A program made the position numbers and the translations under genes. From a virus (lineage: Duplodnaviria > Caudoviricetes), in the IMG/VR virus record IMGVR_UViG_3300021400_000095: DNA of 64,000 nucleotides; one strand, given 5' to 3'. Positions 54,114 to 64,000 of this stretch are shown here, piece after piece; within the stretch, counting starts at the first letter, position 1; each line of letters opens with the position of its first letter. The notes below the pieces were generated by a model. That model searched no databases and had not been told where the DNA came from. It saw nothing but the letters and a program-made list of their open reading frames with translations.

Positions 54114-56647
54114 TAATAACAAATTGGTGTTAAATCTCCATTATTATATTCTATATTTTCAAAATCAACCTCATCCCAACCATAAATATTATATTGCCCC
54201 ATTGGATTCTTATCATTGCAATTCAATAAACCATATTTGTTAACAGGGTCTTGTCTCTTTAAGAACAAATTAACATTCTGCTCAATATAAAAACATCCAT
54301 TAGCAAATGGCCTATTATATAATAAACTATCATTAGCTAATTCTGATGGTGCAATTGTTTCTCTCCAAACAAAACTGTTTGAATTTGGTACATATGTTGC
54401 ATATTTTGGGACACCTTCATTGGTTTTTATAAAGTAATAACCTCTATTCCTTAACTGATTTTCATCAAGTCTTACATCACAATAAAAATCAATAGTGTTA
54501 CCTGAAATCTCATTTACAATTGCAAAATATGTTTCTTTTTTTACATTATCATATATTATAACATCATCATTTTTAATAAAATTATAGTTATTTAAGAATG
54601 TCATTTTGAAGCCATCTGTGGTTGCTGTATAACTATTTCCATTATACTTTAATAATGTACCAGAAACCTTTGTTATTGCATCTGATAACTCTCTTAATTG
54701 TATTCTTGTAAATGGGCTATAAAAATATCCTTCAGGTGCTAAATTTCCATTAAACTCAGTTCCATCCAATGTATTTAATTTAGTTTCAGCAGTGTCAAAA
54801 CCACCATTGTCATAATCATCACTTAATATTGTATCAAAAAATACTTCCTTGAATCTTTCATTTGTAGATTCTCTTTGTGCTGTATTAAATCTATATTGCA
54901 CTTTACTTAATATTGTTTCTGTGCAATTAACAGGATTATATTCTACAATATCACCATAAAATTCATCAGTACCTTCTATTGTAATATCATCTTCTATTGG
55001 TTTTGGTGTGATACCATTTGTTAAATTTCCAAATACCATAGCATTTCCACCTGTTAAATTTGATAAATTATGTAGTTTTCTTACATTATAATCAATAACA
55101 TTTTCATCCAATTCAATACCAGATGTTACCTTACCAAAACAATGTGAAAATTCAATATCTGAATCAGTATATATATTATTATCATACCATTTTTTATAAC
55201 CTTTATTCCTTTTAATAATAAGTAAATATATTTCAGTAAGAGGTCTTCCTCTATGGTCAACAAGTCCTTCAACATTTACATCATCAGTAAAAACAATTTG
55301 TGCAATTCTATCACCATATATGTTTTCACCATAAGCCAATTTATTAACAACACTTGTTAATTCCTGACCATTATTTGTTATCTTTTTGAATTTTCTAAAA
55401 TAATATTCACAATCAACACCACTAACAGTTTTCTTGAAATAAAATGTTATATTTCCATTACCATTTTTTGGTTTAAGTTCACCATTTTCAATAATAAAAT
55501 CATGAGCAATATCATTATATGCAAATGAAAACCAATTGTCTTTTTCAGAACCATCAAATAATCCAACAGAAACAACCCTTACTTTATTATTTAATTCATT
55601 GACACTTCCATTAATTTCATAAGACAAGGAAATTAAACTATTTGGTAATAGGTTATGCTTAAGTAATGATTTTACCCTAATTAATGTTGTTCCACCAGGG
55701 GAAACATAAGGGGAATATTCCATTGTTTTAATACCCATATTTTCAGTACTTGCTGAAAAAACCTCCTTTAATTTAGCAGTATCCTTTTTAAATGGATAAA
55801 CAAGACAATAATCCCAGTTCTTTTCAATTCTATGTCTATATTTATTAACTTTTGGTATAAATGAATATAATGACCTATCAGGGTACAAATCAATTTGTTC
55901 ACAAGATTTGTTATTGTTCATTATCTTGTTAATTGTAATTTCATCAGAACTAGCATTTGGTATTGCAATATCTGTTTTGTTAGTAAATCCATACCAACCA
56001 TCTTTTTCAGTCAATTTCTCACTGAATGTTTCATACAGTGTTGATGTTACATTGTCATATTGATATATGTGCACATTTTGTAATGTTGGCCTTGGGTTTG
56101 AAAGAGAAACAACCTCCTGAACATTTATACCTTCATTACTCCTAACCAAATCAGCCAGTGTATTGAACTTTGATTTATCACTTTCATTGGTCTTATTCAC
56201 ATATATGAAATCATTTGTCCTCAATCTATGGTTATTAAAAATATCTAAACCACAATGATAAACATAAGGTTCTTTATTTGTAAACAACTCAGGATGTGTA
56301 TATTCAGTATCCCTAATTGCTTGCTTCCAATCCAAGTTAGTTGTGTTAATTGCATTTCCTTTATCTGACTGATTAAACACAAGCATACAGTTATCTGAAC
56401 CCTCATACCTAACAACCTCTGTTCTTGTATTGAACAAAACATTTGAGCATATTGGATTAACAGTTAAGATTACCCTATATTTATTACAATTGTCCCTTTC
56501 ATATGTATATAAATTGTTCAAATTCAATACATCATTAACATTATTATATGGGAACAACCTTGATGTTGATTTTAAATCAACATCAATAAAGTTGGTTCTG
56601 TTAACAGAATTAATGCTTCTATTTTTTTCTAAAAATACTTTTCTCAT
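54113..56647 (-). CDS. putative structural protein
   Basis: 844-aa ORF, TAATG-coupled to the next gene. Confidence 0.7.
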   Translation of the reverse strand: MRKVFLEKNRSINSVNRTNFIDVDLKSTSRLFPYNNVNDVLNLNNLYTYERDNCNKYRVILTVNPICSNVLFNTRTEVVRYEGSDNCMLVFNQSDKGNAINTTNLDWKQAIRDTEYTHPELFTNKEPYVYHCGLDIFNNHRLRTNDFIYVNKTNESDKSKFNTLADLVRSNEGINVQEVVSLSNPRPTLQNVHIYQYDNVTSTLYETFSEKLTEKDGWYGFTNKTDIAIPNASSDEITINKIMNNNKSCEQIDLYPDRSLYSFIPKVNKYRHRIEKNWDYCLVYPFKKDTAKLKEVFSASTENMGIKTMEYSPYVSPGGTTLIRVKSLLKHNLLPNSLISLSYEINGSVNELNNKVRVVSVGLFDGSEKDNWFSFAYNDIAHDFIIENGELKPKNGNGNITFYFKKTVSGVDCEYYFRKFKKITNNGQELTSVVNKLAYGENIYGDRIAQIVFTDDVNVEGLVDHRGRPLTEIYLLIIKRNKGYKKWYDNNIYTDSDIEFSHCFGKVTSGIELDENVIDYNVRKLHNLSNLTGGNAMVFGNLTNGITPKPIEDDITIEGTDEFYGDIVEYNPVNCTETILSKVQYRFNTAQRESTNERFKEVFFDTILSDDYDNGGFDTAETKLNTLDGTEFNGNLAPEGYFYSPFTRIQLRELSDAITKVSGTLLKYNGNSYTATTDGFKMTFLNNYNFIKNDDVIIYDNVKKETYFAIVNEISGNTIDFYCDVRLDENQLRNRGYYFIKTNEGVPKYATYVPNSNSFVWRETIAPSELANDSLLYNRPFANGCFYIEQNVNLFLKRQDPVNKYGLLNCNDKNPMGQYNIYGWDEVDFENIEYNNGDLTPICY

Positions 56648-56650
56648 GTT

Positions 56651-59600
56651 TTACTGTTGTTCTAATATACCATCAATTGTTACCAATTGTCTAATTAATG
56701 CAGCCTGTTGTTTTATATTAATAATAACATCACTAAGGCTTGCTTCATTAACAGGACTACATATAATTCTACCTGTCCTTTCTTCACCACTATTTTCTAA
56801 TACATGTGCTGCCAATGTTTTATTACCTGAACCAGAATATGTTGTCATATCCTGACCATTTTCACTGATTTTAAGCCATGAACTTGCACTGTTATCAACT
56901 GAAATTGTCCAACCAACATTTGAACTTATGCTTAATGCCACCATAGTATCTGCTGATGTTGCTGTTATTGTTGTTTCAGCAGCAGTACCATTAACAGTTA
57001 AATATGGATTTTCAGCACCACTATCATATTGATTTAACTTGGTAAACTTATCATAAACCCTTATTAAATCAGTACTACCCTTTACACCAACTATTTGTGT
57101 TGCCATTGCAATACAATAATAATCAGTATCAGGATAATACATACCCATTTCATTGAAATTCAACTTAATTTTAGGTATGTTTTCATTCAATATATAATTT
57201 CTTATTGCTTCAGTATAATCAGCAATGTTTACATTTGGTTTTAAAAGATAAGTTTCTTCAATGCTAACATCCCAATTTGATTTTAATTGTTGTTTTATTG
57301 ATTGTGAATAACCAGTAATACTTGCATATGTTATTCCTGGCAATACTAAAGACCTATTAATTCTACTATTTTCACTCACATTTATTGGTATTGTAAATGT
57401 TCCTGCAATACCACCAGCAAATTCAACAACAACCATAGAACCAGGCTTATTCAAAACAACACCTTGACCTCCAACATTGAATTTTGCATCTGAATTTTCA
57501 CCAAATCTACATAATAACAATGCCCTACCAACAACATCAGGGAACTGTGTCATTGGTTCTTGAATTGTATAATATACATAACCACTTTGAGCAATTGGAC
57601 ATGGGTATGTTGCTCTTGGTATCAAATAGTAATCATTTTCAATGTCATCAATATCATTATAATATATTGCTCTTGATGAGTCACCTACACTTGGTCTATA
57701 ACTGATGTTATTTGCAAATACTGCTGATATTTCATCACTTATATTCCATGGTATTGGTCTGTTTGGCTGCATTATTAACTCATCATAACCAGTATCTGCT
57801 GATGTTGGTGTATTTCCATTTATTGAATAAAAGAATGAATCATATGACATAATGCCATTTGTAATTTCACTCTTTCCACTAAAACTTGCAATAACACCAT
57901 TGACATCATTCATATTTGAAATATCTGTTGTGCCATTGGTTCTTGTTATTGTAAATTCATTTTCATTAAAAGTACAATTTCCAAATTTGTTATTATATGT
58001 TATACCATTATGGACCTTACCACCAAATGCATATCTTTCATCATTATATGCATATGTTGCATCCTGACTTGTTTGTTCTTCTTGTGAAAGTGATAATGTT
58101 AAATTAATCCAATCAACAATACCAACATTTGCATAGAATGGTCTATACATTACAGGATAATAGAATACTGGATATACTGAAACCCTATCACCAACATTTA
58201 AAGAATCTCCTTCATAATAATATGTTGTACCATTACCATTATTGGTTACATATAAATTACTACCATTTGGTGTTCTGATAATATATGCCATTCCATTTAA
58301 ACTTGTATTTGCAAATCTAATGGTATAATATGTATTACCACTTACCATATTTTGTGAAATAGATGAAATTGTTGTTTCAGTAAGTTTATTTGCAACAATT
58401 GCATCACCATTCATTGCCATTTCAGCAAATAACTTCCTACCATTTGTTAAACTTGTTGGACCATTTGTTGGAATAACTGAACTATCTGAAACAATTCCTG
58501 GTAATCTGTAATCATTTTCAAATGAATAACCATCAACTAAAATTGTATTTCCACTTTCATCTGTTGTTTCTGGCTGACCAAACAATGCAGTGTCCAATTG
58601 TCTGTTATATCTCTTATCTATTGAAAATACTTTGTTGGTAAAATATGCAGTATCATCATCTGTTTGTCTGAATAATGCAAATCTCTTTGCCCAGTTATCA
58701 ATGTTATTTCCACCAATATTATTCCACCATTCACCTGTTAAGGTACTTAATTTTGTACTATATGGTAAATAATAACTACCTAAGAACAAATCAATATTTT
58801 CAATACCCTCAATAAGATATGTGCCATATTCATAATATTTATTACATGCTGACCAAACATATACAGTATATCTTGTATCAGGCTTCCATAAATAAACAAT
58901 TAAGGTATTTCCTTCTGTTCTTGTCCTTGCTGCAATTGAAGAACCTGTTGTTATGCTAGCAATCTGTCTTCCATAATAATTTCCTGTTTCATTATCAACA
59001 ATTGTTACATTATTTAATGGAATTACTGAAGTGCTTCCAAAATTAATTTCATTAATTTTAATATAGCCAGAATTTGAAGTTTCAGCACTCTGTGAAACTG
59101 TTGTACCTGTTGCTCCATTTATCCTGAATGCAAAATTACTTGTTTCAATATCAGCATTAATTAAATTAGTACCAATTTCAACCACCTTAATAAGTTCAAC
59201 ACCACTATTATCTGTACCAATAAATGTATATGTACCAAATGGTACATTATTAAGTGATACTGAATATATACCATTATTAATATGTATTGCTGACTCAGGT
59301 ATTTCAGTACCATTATATGTAATTCTAAGGCCATCAACAGCATCAGTACCATTTATTTCAACATGTGCAACTAAATTACATGTATCCTCATCACTAACAT
59401 CAACCTTCATTGTTAATTTTCTTCTCAAAATGCTTTCACTTTCACATACTGAGAAAAATTGTTTGTTAAACTCATCAAATGCAGTTGCACCATTATGTAA
59501 ACCAAAATAAAAATAAAATGAATTTTCATATTGTGGCAATGATGCACCATGACTATTATCATAACTTAAAAATCTCTTCAATTGTTCTGTATTATCAAGT

Positions 59601-62600
59601 GAATTAAGACCTAATCTAAATTTATAATAGTCAACATTTCCATTTTCTAATGTCCTTGTATATGTTTCACCTGTTTCACTATTATCATAGTTGAAATCTT
59701 TAGGTATATTTCCACCAAGTGATGACCATTCATCAACAATTGTTAATTTTTTATTCCATTGGTTGTTAATATCATTTGATGTTGTTATTTCTTTATGTAA
59801 TGCACCATCAAAACCTGCATTTCTCATGTAAATGAAATCATAAATAGGATAACCTGTCTTGTCATCATATCTATTGTTGCATAATAATCTCTTTTGATTC
59901 ATGGTTGCAAACATTGTTCTGAAATCAACTGAATTAATTTCATCATTTGAAATCAAACCTGTTGGAACAAAATATCTATACTGTAAATCACCATTACTTT
60001 GCCCTCTCACTTCTTCCCTTCTTTGTGAAATATTTGAACCTGCCTCACATACTCTTTGTAAATTAATACATGATTTGATATTTGTTTCTGAATTAGTACA
60101 TGAAATACCTAAGAAATGTCCACCAGGCATATAAAGACTCTTATTAACATCATTACTCTTTACACCTTGACCAGGGCCTGTATAGTTCCAAGCAATACCT
60201 GCTGCTTCAGTAAGTGGTATAGTATCATCAAATATCTCTTCATTTATAGTTGCATCATTTGGGTTTTTAATTTCACCATAAATAATTGGATTTTGAGTTG
60301 TTGAATAATAATTTGTTGTTGCACTAAAACTTGGTTCAAGTTGTGTAACACCACTTTCAACAATTTTACCTGAAGATGTTGTAGTACAAATTGTGTTCTT
60401 ATCATCTGCATAAAGATAACCATCATCATCCATATTAGTTAAAGCCAAATTTGTTGGCATTACATATGATGAACTTGTTAAATATTTAAATGCCTGTGGA
60501 ACACCATATAAATTACATTCCAATAATGAGCCAAGAAGAACTATGTCATTGGCAAATAAAATGGTTTTCTTACCACTTTCCTTCCATTCACATGGTTTTA
60601 AATAATAAACATATTGTTGCTTTGATGTCTGATTTTCATGAACAATACCACCATTTCCACTTCCATTTCTCTTATTACCACCAAAAATTGGATATAGTTT
60701 TCTACCCCACTCCTTATGACATTTCTGCTTATTTGTTCTTTGGTTTTTACAACCATTAGGTGTACTGATTTTAGTATATGTACCATCATTATCCTTTACA
60801 TATGACAGTGCACATTGTTGTACATAAAATCTTGTTTTATTGAACATCTTTGTATTGTCCATACAGGCTTTAATTTTTGACTTGATTTTAATTAAACCAA
60901 ACAAAAATGTTCTTTTTACTCTGATAAATCTCATCCATCTTGGCATGTATATAACACCATTAACCCAATCATTATAAAAGTCAAAATTAATAACTTTATA
61001 TTCTTGGGCTAATGCCATTTCAATACAAGCCATTAAATAATCTGTTTTTGTTGTAATACAAACACTTTCATTGTCATCCCTATTTTGAAAGTCAACTGAA
61101 TTTTCATCTTGTGGACTATCCCCAAAATAATAGGCATTACCATCACTATCTTTACCTCTTCTATTACTTCCTCTGCCTGGGTTATTACCACCACCTCCAC
61201 TATGTTGTGAATTACCACCACCACTTGAAGTACTTGCTTGTCCAAAATCACCTGTTAAATACTCTAGTGTTTGTTTCAATATGTTTACAGTTGCTTTTGT
61301 TTTATTACCTGATAACCATTGAAAAAACCCTCTTGATTTAACTTCTTCATTAAAATTGTAATTAACAGGTGCAAAATACCAATTTTCCAAATCAGGGCAA
61401 AGTCCATCAGCAATTGTCAAATACCTATATGTTAACAATTTTTGTATAATATCTCTATCTGTACCACCAGTACCTACTAATCTTAATCTAACAATAAATT
61501 TAAATACATGTGCAATAATATTAAGTACACAGTTGATAATATAGACAACTCTAATATATGTCTTAATCAATGCACACAAGATAGTGAACATTAATGGAAG
61601 TCTAATTCTAATATTATTATATGGCATTGGATTATTATTACCATATATATTACAATGTTTAATACCTGTAAATCTTTCTGATTTCATTGTCCTACTTTTT
61701 TGAAATCTTGGAATATAGGATTTAACAGTATATACATTATTCCACATGAGGTCTCTAAATGAATCTTCCCTTGTATCACTACCAAATTCATAGTCATAAT
61801 TCTCATGTAATCTGACATTTGTACCTTCAATGTTTTGTGGATTATGTGGGACAAGAACCTTTGCTCTGAAGTAGTTATCAGTATTTTTTTCCATATCATG
61901 CATGGAAATTCTGAATCTAACCCTTGTTCTTGTTGGAATACCTTTGCTTGGGTCATCAGTAGGAACCATATTACCAAACTCATCAGTCATCATATAATCA
62001 AGGTTCATTGGAATCTGGTAACACCAAACACCATTTCCATCAATTAATTGTGTTCCTCTGATTTGGAATTCTTCAACACCACCACCAGGTGTTTTTCTAA
62101 TCATTTCAATTGTGCCTTCACCTGTGGTAAGTTCATCCATTGCACCCATTTGGTTTGTTGGTATACATTTTTTTGAAATACCATTTGATGAGTTATCTGC
62201 AACAAGTGAACCAATGAACACACATGTTGGCTCAAATTTAAATGCAACATTAATATCAGCCCTTGTAATACCAATTGTTTCACCATTATCAGCATTCCCC
62301 CAGAATGGAATAACATTAACAACTTGGTCTTGTCTAAAAATTTGACTTAAACTTTCAAGGTCAGTACTTTTCTTAAATTGGTTTGGATTTTCAAATTGTT
62401 CTATTGTATAACCCTTGTAAACAAAATCTCTTGGCCTCTGTGAAAGAATACCACAATCAGAAAGGTCAAGGTCCATATGTAATGTTTGTGTACCAACAGG
62501 AACACCTGCAATTATGTAATCACCAGAATTATTTGTTCTGGTTGTATATATATAATATTTGTCAAAAACTTCTATAAGAGCATCATTATCAAGAAGATAT

Positions 62601-62980
62601 GTTTTATTTGGAAAAGTACCAACAACTTGGTGGCAGTTATCTACTTTGTTATCAGGTAACAAATTATATTTAACACCTTCTCCATTTTTTGAAGATGTTG
62701 AAGTATATGGATAAAGGGCTGCAATTTCATATTCATCTTCATCAAAATCACCTTCAATAAAGACACTAATTTTAGCATTTGGAACACCAAAACTTTCATT
62801 TGCAAGAACTCTACCAGCAATAACACCATAATTTGAGGAATGAAGCCTGTAAACATCTTCAGACTTCATTTTAAGTGAAAGGATTTCAAATGAATCATAT
62901 GTTTGATTTAAATCAACTGTAACAAATGAATCACTATTTACCTGTGTTCTTATTCTTAAACTCTTATTAGTTTCTGACAT
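56651..62980 (-). CDS. very large putative baseplate/tail protein with C-terminal BACON domain
   Basis: 2109 aa; YGVIAGRV..GVPNAKISVF; Cys-rich middle; C-terminal SSNVGWTI..SWLKI..ERTGRI..IKQ. Confidence 0.75.
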   Translation of the reverse strand: MSETNKSLRIRTQVNSDSFVTVDLNQTYDSFEILSLKMKSEDVYRLHSSNYGVIAGRVLANESFGVPNAKISVFIEGDFDEDEYEIAALYPYTSTSSKNGEGVKYNLLPDNKVDNCHQVVGTFPNKTYLLDNDALIEVFDKYYIYTTRTNNSGDYIIAGVPVGTQTLHMDLDLSDCGILSQRPRDFVYKGYTIEQFENPNQFKKSTDLESLSQIFRQDQVVNVIPFWGNADNGETIGITRADINVAFKFEPTCVFIGSLVADNSSNGISKKCIPTNQMGAMDELTTGEGTIEMIRKTPGGGVEEFQIRGTQLIDGNGVWCYQIPMNLDYMMTDEFGNMVPTDDPSKGIPTRTRVRFRISMHDMEKNTDNYFRAKVLVPHNPQNIEGTNVRLHENYDYEFGSDTREDSFRDLMWNNVYTVKSYIPRFQKSRTMKSERFTGIKHCNIYGNNNPMPYNNIRIRLPLMFTILCALIKTYIRVVYIINCVLNIIAHVFKFIVRLRLVGTGGTDRDIIQKLLTYRYLTIADGLCPDLENWYFAPVNYNFNEEVKSRGFFQWLSGNKTKATVNILKQTLEYLTGDFGQASTSSGGGNSQHSGGGGNNPGRGSNRRGKDSDGNAYYFGDSPQDENSVDFQNRDDNESVCITTKTDYLMACIEMALAQEYKVINFDFYNDWVNGVIYMPRWMRFIRVKRTFLFGLIKIKSKIKACMDNTKMFNKTRFYVQQCALSYVKDNDGTYTKISTPNGCKNQRTNKQKCHKEWGRKLYPIFGGNKRNGSGNGGIVHENQTSKQQYVYYLKPCEWKESGKKTILFANDIVLLGSLLECNLYGVPQAFKYLTSSSYVMPTNLALTNMDDDGYLYADDKNTICTTTSSGKIVESGVTQLEPSFSATTNYYSTTQNPIIYGEIKNPNDATINEEIFDDTIPLTEAAGIAWNYTGPGQGVKSNDVNKSLYMPGGHFLGISCTNSETNIKSCINLQRVCEAGSNISQRREEVRGQSNGDLQYRYFVPTGLISNDEINSVDFRTMFATMNQKRLLCNNRYDDKTGYPIYDFIYMRNAGFDGALHKEITTSNDINNQWNKKLTIVDEWSSLGGNIPKDFNYDNSETGETYTRTLENGNVDYYKFRLGLNSLDNTEQLKRFLSYDNSHGASLPQYENSFYFYFGLHNGATAFDEFNKQFFSVCESESILRRKLTMKVDVSDEDTCNLVAHVEINGTDAVDGLRITYNGTEIPESAIHINNGIYSVSLNNVPFGTYTFIGTDNSGVELIKVVEIGTNLINADIETSNFAFRINGATGTTVSQSAETSNSGYIKINEINFGSTSVIPLNNVTIVDNETGNYYGRQIASITTGSSIAARTRTEGNTLIVYLWKPDTRYTVYVWSACNKYYEYGTYLIEGIENIDLFLGSYYLPYSTKLSTLTGEWWNNIGGNNIDNWAKRFALFRQTDDDTAYFTNKVFSIDKRYNRQLDTALFGQPETTDESGNTILVDGYSFENDYRLPGIVSDSSVIPTNGPTSLTNGRKLFAEMAMNGDAIVANKLTETTISSISQNMVSGNTYYTIRFANTSLNGMAYIIRTPNGSNLYVTNNGNGTTYYYEGDSLNVGDRVSVYPVFYYPVMYRPFYANVGIVDWINLTLSLSQEEQTSQDATYAYNDERYAFGGKVHNGITYNNKFGNCTFNENEFTITRTNGTTDISNMNDVNGVIASFSGKSEITNGIMSYDSFFYSINGNTPTSADTGYDELIMQPNRPIPWNISDEISAVFANNISYRPSVGDSSRAIYYNDIDDIENDYYLIPRATYPCPIAQSGYVYYTIQEPMTQFPDVVGRALLLCRFGENSDAKFNVGGQGVVLNKPGSMVVVEFAGGIAGTFTIPINVSENSRINRSLVLPGITYASITGYSQSIKQQLKSNWDVSIEETYLLKPNVNIADYTEAIRNYILNENIPKIKLNFNEMGMYYPDTDYYCIAMATQIVGVKGSTDLIRVYDKFTKLNQYDSGAENPYLTVNGTAAETTITATSADTMVALSISSNVGWTISVDNSASSWLKISENGQDMTTYSGSGNKTLAAHVLENSGEERTGRIICSPVNEASLSDVIINIKQQAALIRQLVTIDGILEQQ

Positions 62981-62983
62981 AAA

Positions 62984-63229
62984 TTATACTGTTTTCAATC
63001 TTAATATTTTTTTCATGTTAATTGTTTTTTCCTTTTTAAAAATTGCAGTAAATAAAACATGAAAAACCATTATTGGTACTATTGGAATACAAACAATGTA
63101 AATAAGTAAATTTCTAAAAAATTCTTTAACTCTGAACCTTATTATACTTTTTTTTGATGTTGGAATTTTATGCCCATATTTTTTATGAAGATAATCAAGG
63201 TCAGCATTTACTTTACAAGCACAAGCCAT
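62984..63229 (-). CDS. small CxC membrane protein
   Basis: MACAC N-terminus, one TM. Confidence 0.6.
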   Translation of the reverse strand: MACACKVNADLDYLHKKYGHKIPTSKKSIIRFRVKEFFRNLLIYIVCIPIVPIMVFHVLFTAIFKKEKTINMKKILRLKTV

Positions 63230-63232
63230 ATA

Positions 63233-64000
63233 TTATCTAATCTTGCATCTTATTATAATATCATTATTGACATCCTTGATTTCAAGCATTGAATCATTGT
63301 TTGAATAAACAATGTAATCTGAAGCCTCCAAATCAATTTCAGAATAGTTACCTAAACCTCTCCATTCAAATACTTGTCCTGTTTCCTGTGTTGTTCTTGA
63401 TTTTGAATAATTTCCACCAAATAAATTATATACTTTCAAATCAATCAAATTCAAAACACCATCAACCTTTGAAATCTCTTTCTTGATGTCACCAATGAAT
63501 AAATCATCACCCATGTTATGTTTATTAATGTCCATGTAATCAGTAATTACTTCAACAATACCAGCCATAACATCTGCCTTATTATAACTCTTATCAATAA
63601 ACACATCAACAGTAAATCCTAAATTAATGATTTTACCAGACTTAATCTCAATATAATCATTAACCATCCTGTATTCTGATAAATAATCCCTTACATTCTC
63701 AGCCAAAACAGTTGGCAATGTGTCATCTAATTGACCCTTACTGTTCAATCCAAGTAAATATAACATTATTTTGTTGTTCTCTTCATTACAACTAACTCTG
63801 AATGGTGTCCCAAATTTTGGTGGCATCTGTAATGTCCTTGCAACATAATCCTTAACAGTAACACATCTATTCTTACTACCACTGTTATATTTAATCAAAT
63901 ATCTAAGTTCATCTGCTGTTGGTCTGTCCTTGCCAGAAACAGATGGTGTTGTACTAACAACTGAAATACTTTTCTTAACAGCATCTCTAAGACTTATATT
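63233..64000 (-). CDS. baseplate wedge subunit (T4 gp6-like), 5' end outside the window
   Basis: Frame open to the window edge; SGKDRPTADELR..NRCVTVKDY motif. Confidence 0.75.
   Translation of the reverse strand, partial: NISLRDAVKKSISVVSTTPSVSGKDRPTADELRYLIKYNSGSKNRCVTVKDYVARTLQMPPKFGTPFRVSCNEENNKIMLYLLGLNSKGQLDDTLPTVLAENVRDYLSEYRMVNDYIEIKSGKIINLGFTVDVFIDKSYNKADVMAGIVEVITDYMDINKHNMGDDLFIGDIKKEISKVDGVLNLIDLKVYNLFGGNYSKSRTTQETGQVFEWRGLGNYSEIDLEASDYIVYSNNDSMLEIKDVNNDIIIRCKIR

Noticed and set aside
1-64000. Stop-codon reassignment (code 15 or 4) as in Lak and some crAss-like phages
   Set aside because: Coding density is already high in code 11, multi-kb ORFs are uninterrupted and no complete suppressor tRNA is in the window.

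Overview
64 kb of a very AT-rich, large tailed (myovirus-like, probably jumbo) phage genome. The host is probably a Bacteroidota member, based on TAnnTTTG promoters, BACON and BspA-like LRR proteins and a tmRNA tag starting with Gly. The standard genetic code is used. Layout: (1) 1-5.97 kb is a dense RNA-gene island: 15 uninterrupted tRNAs, a tmRNA, three interrupted tRNAs, several tRNA-like or unassigned structured RNAs and one free-standing endonuclease. (2) 6-33 kb holds accessory and RNA-metabolism genes: SprT-like protease, holin-like protein, CofE-like ligase, phosphoesterases, YqeY, RNA ligase, HD/kinase, 2H phosphoesterase, CCA-adding enzyme, RlaP-like nucleotidyltransferase, SbcD-like nuclease and an LRR protein, plus a minus-strand block of putative internal head proteins. 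(3) 33.5-64 kb is mostly minus-strand tail-fibre, BACON and baseplate genes. The most striking signal is a five-copy RNA module (AGAAAAC-nn-ACAGCAA ... GTTTTCTG). It clamps the ends of circularly permuted tRNA-like RNAs and, in permuted order, is inserted into a tRNA-Pro at the same D-arm/anticodon-arm junction. Nearby, a tRNA-Thr has an 85-nt tRNA-like insert in its anticodon, and a full RNA end-healing/sealing gene set lies 13-21 kb downstream. Together these form a candidate undescribed phage tRNA splicing/repair/decoy system. The genome also avoids CG and GATC almost completely. All calls are by eye; no searches were run.
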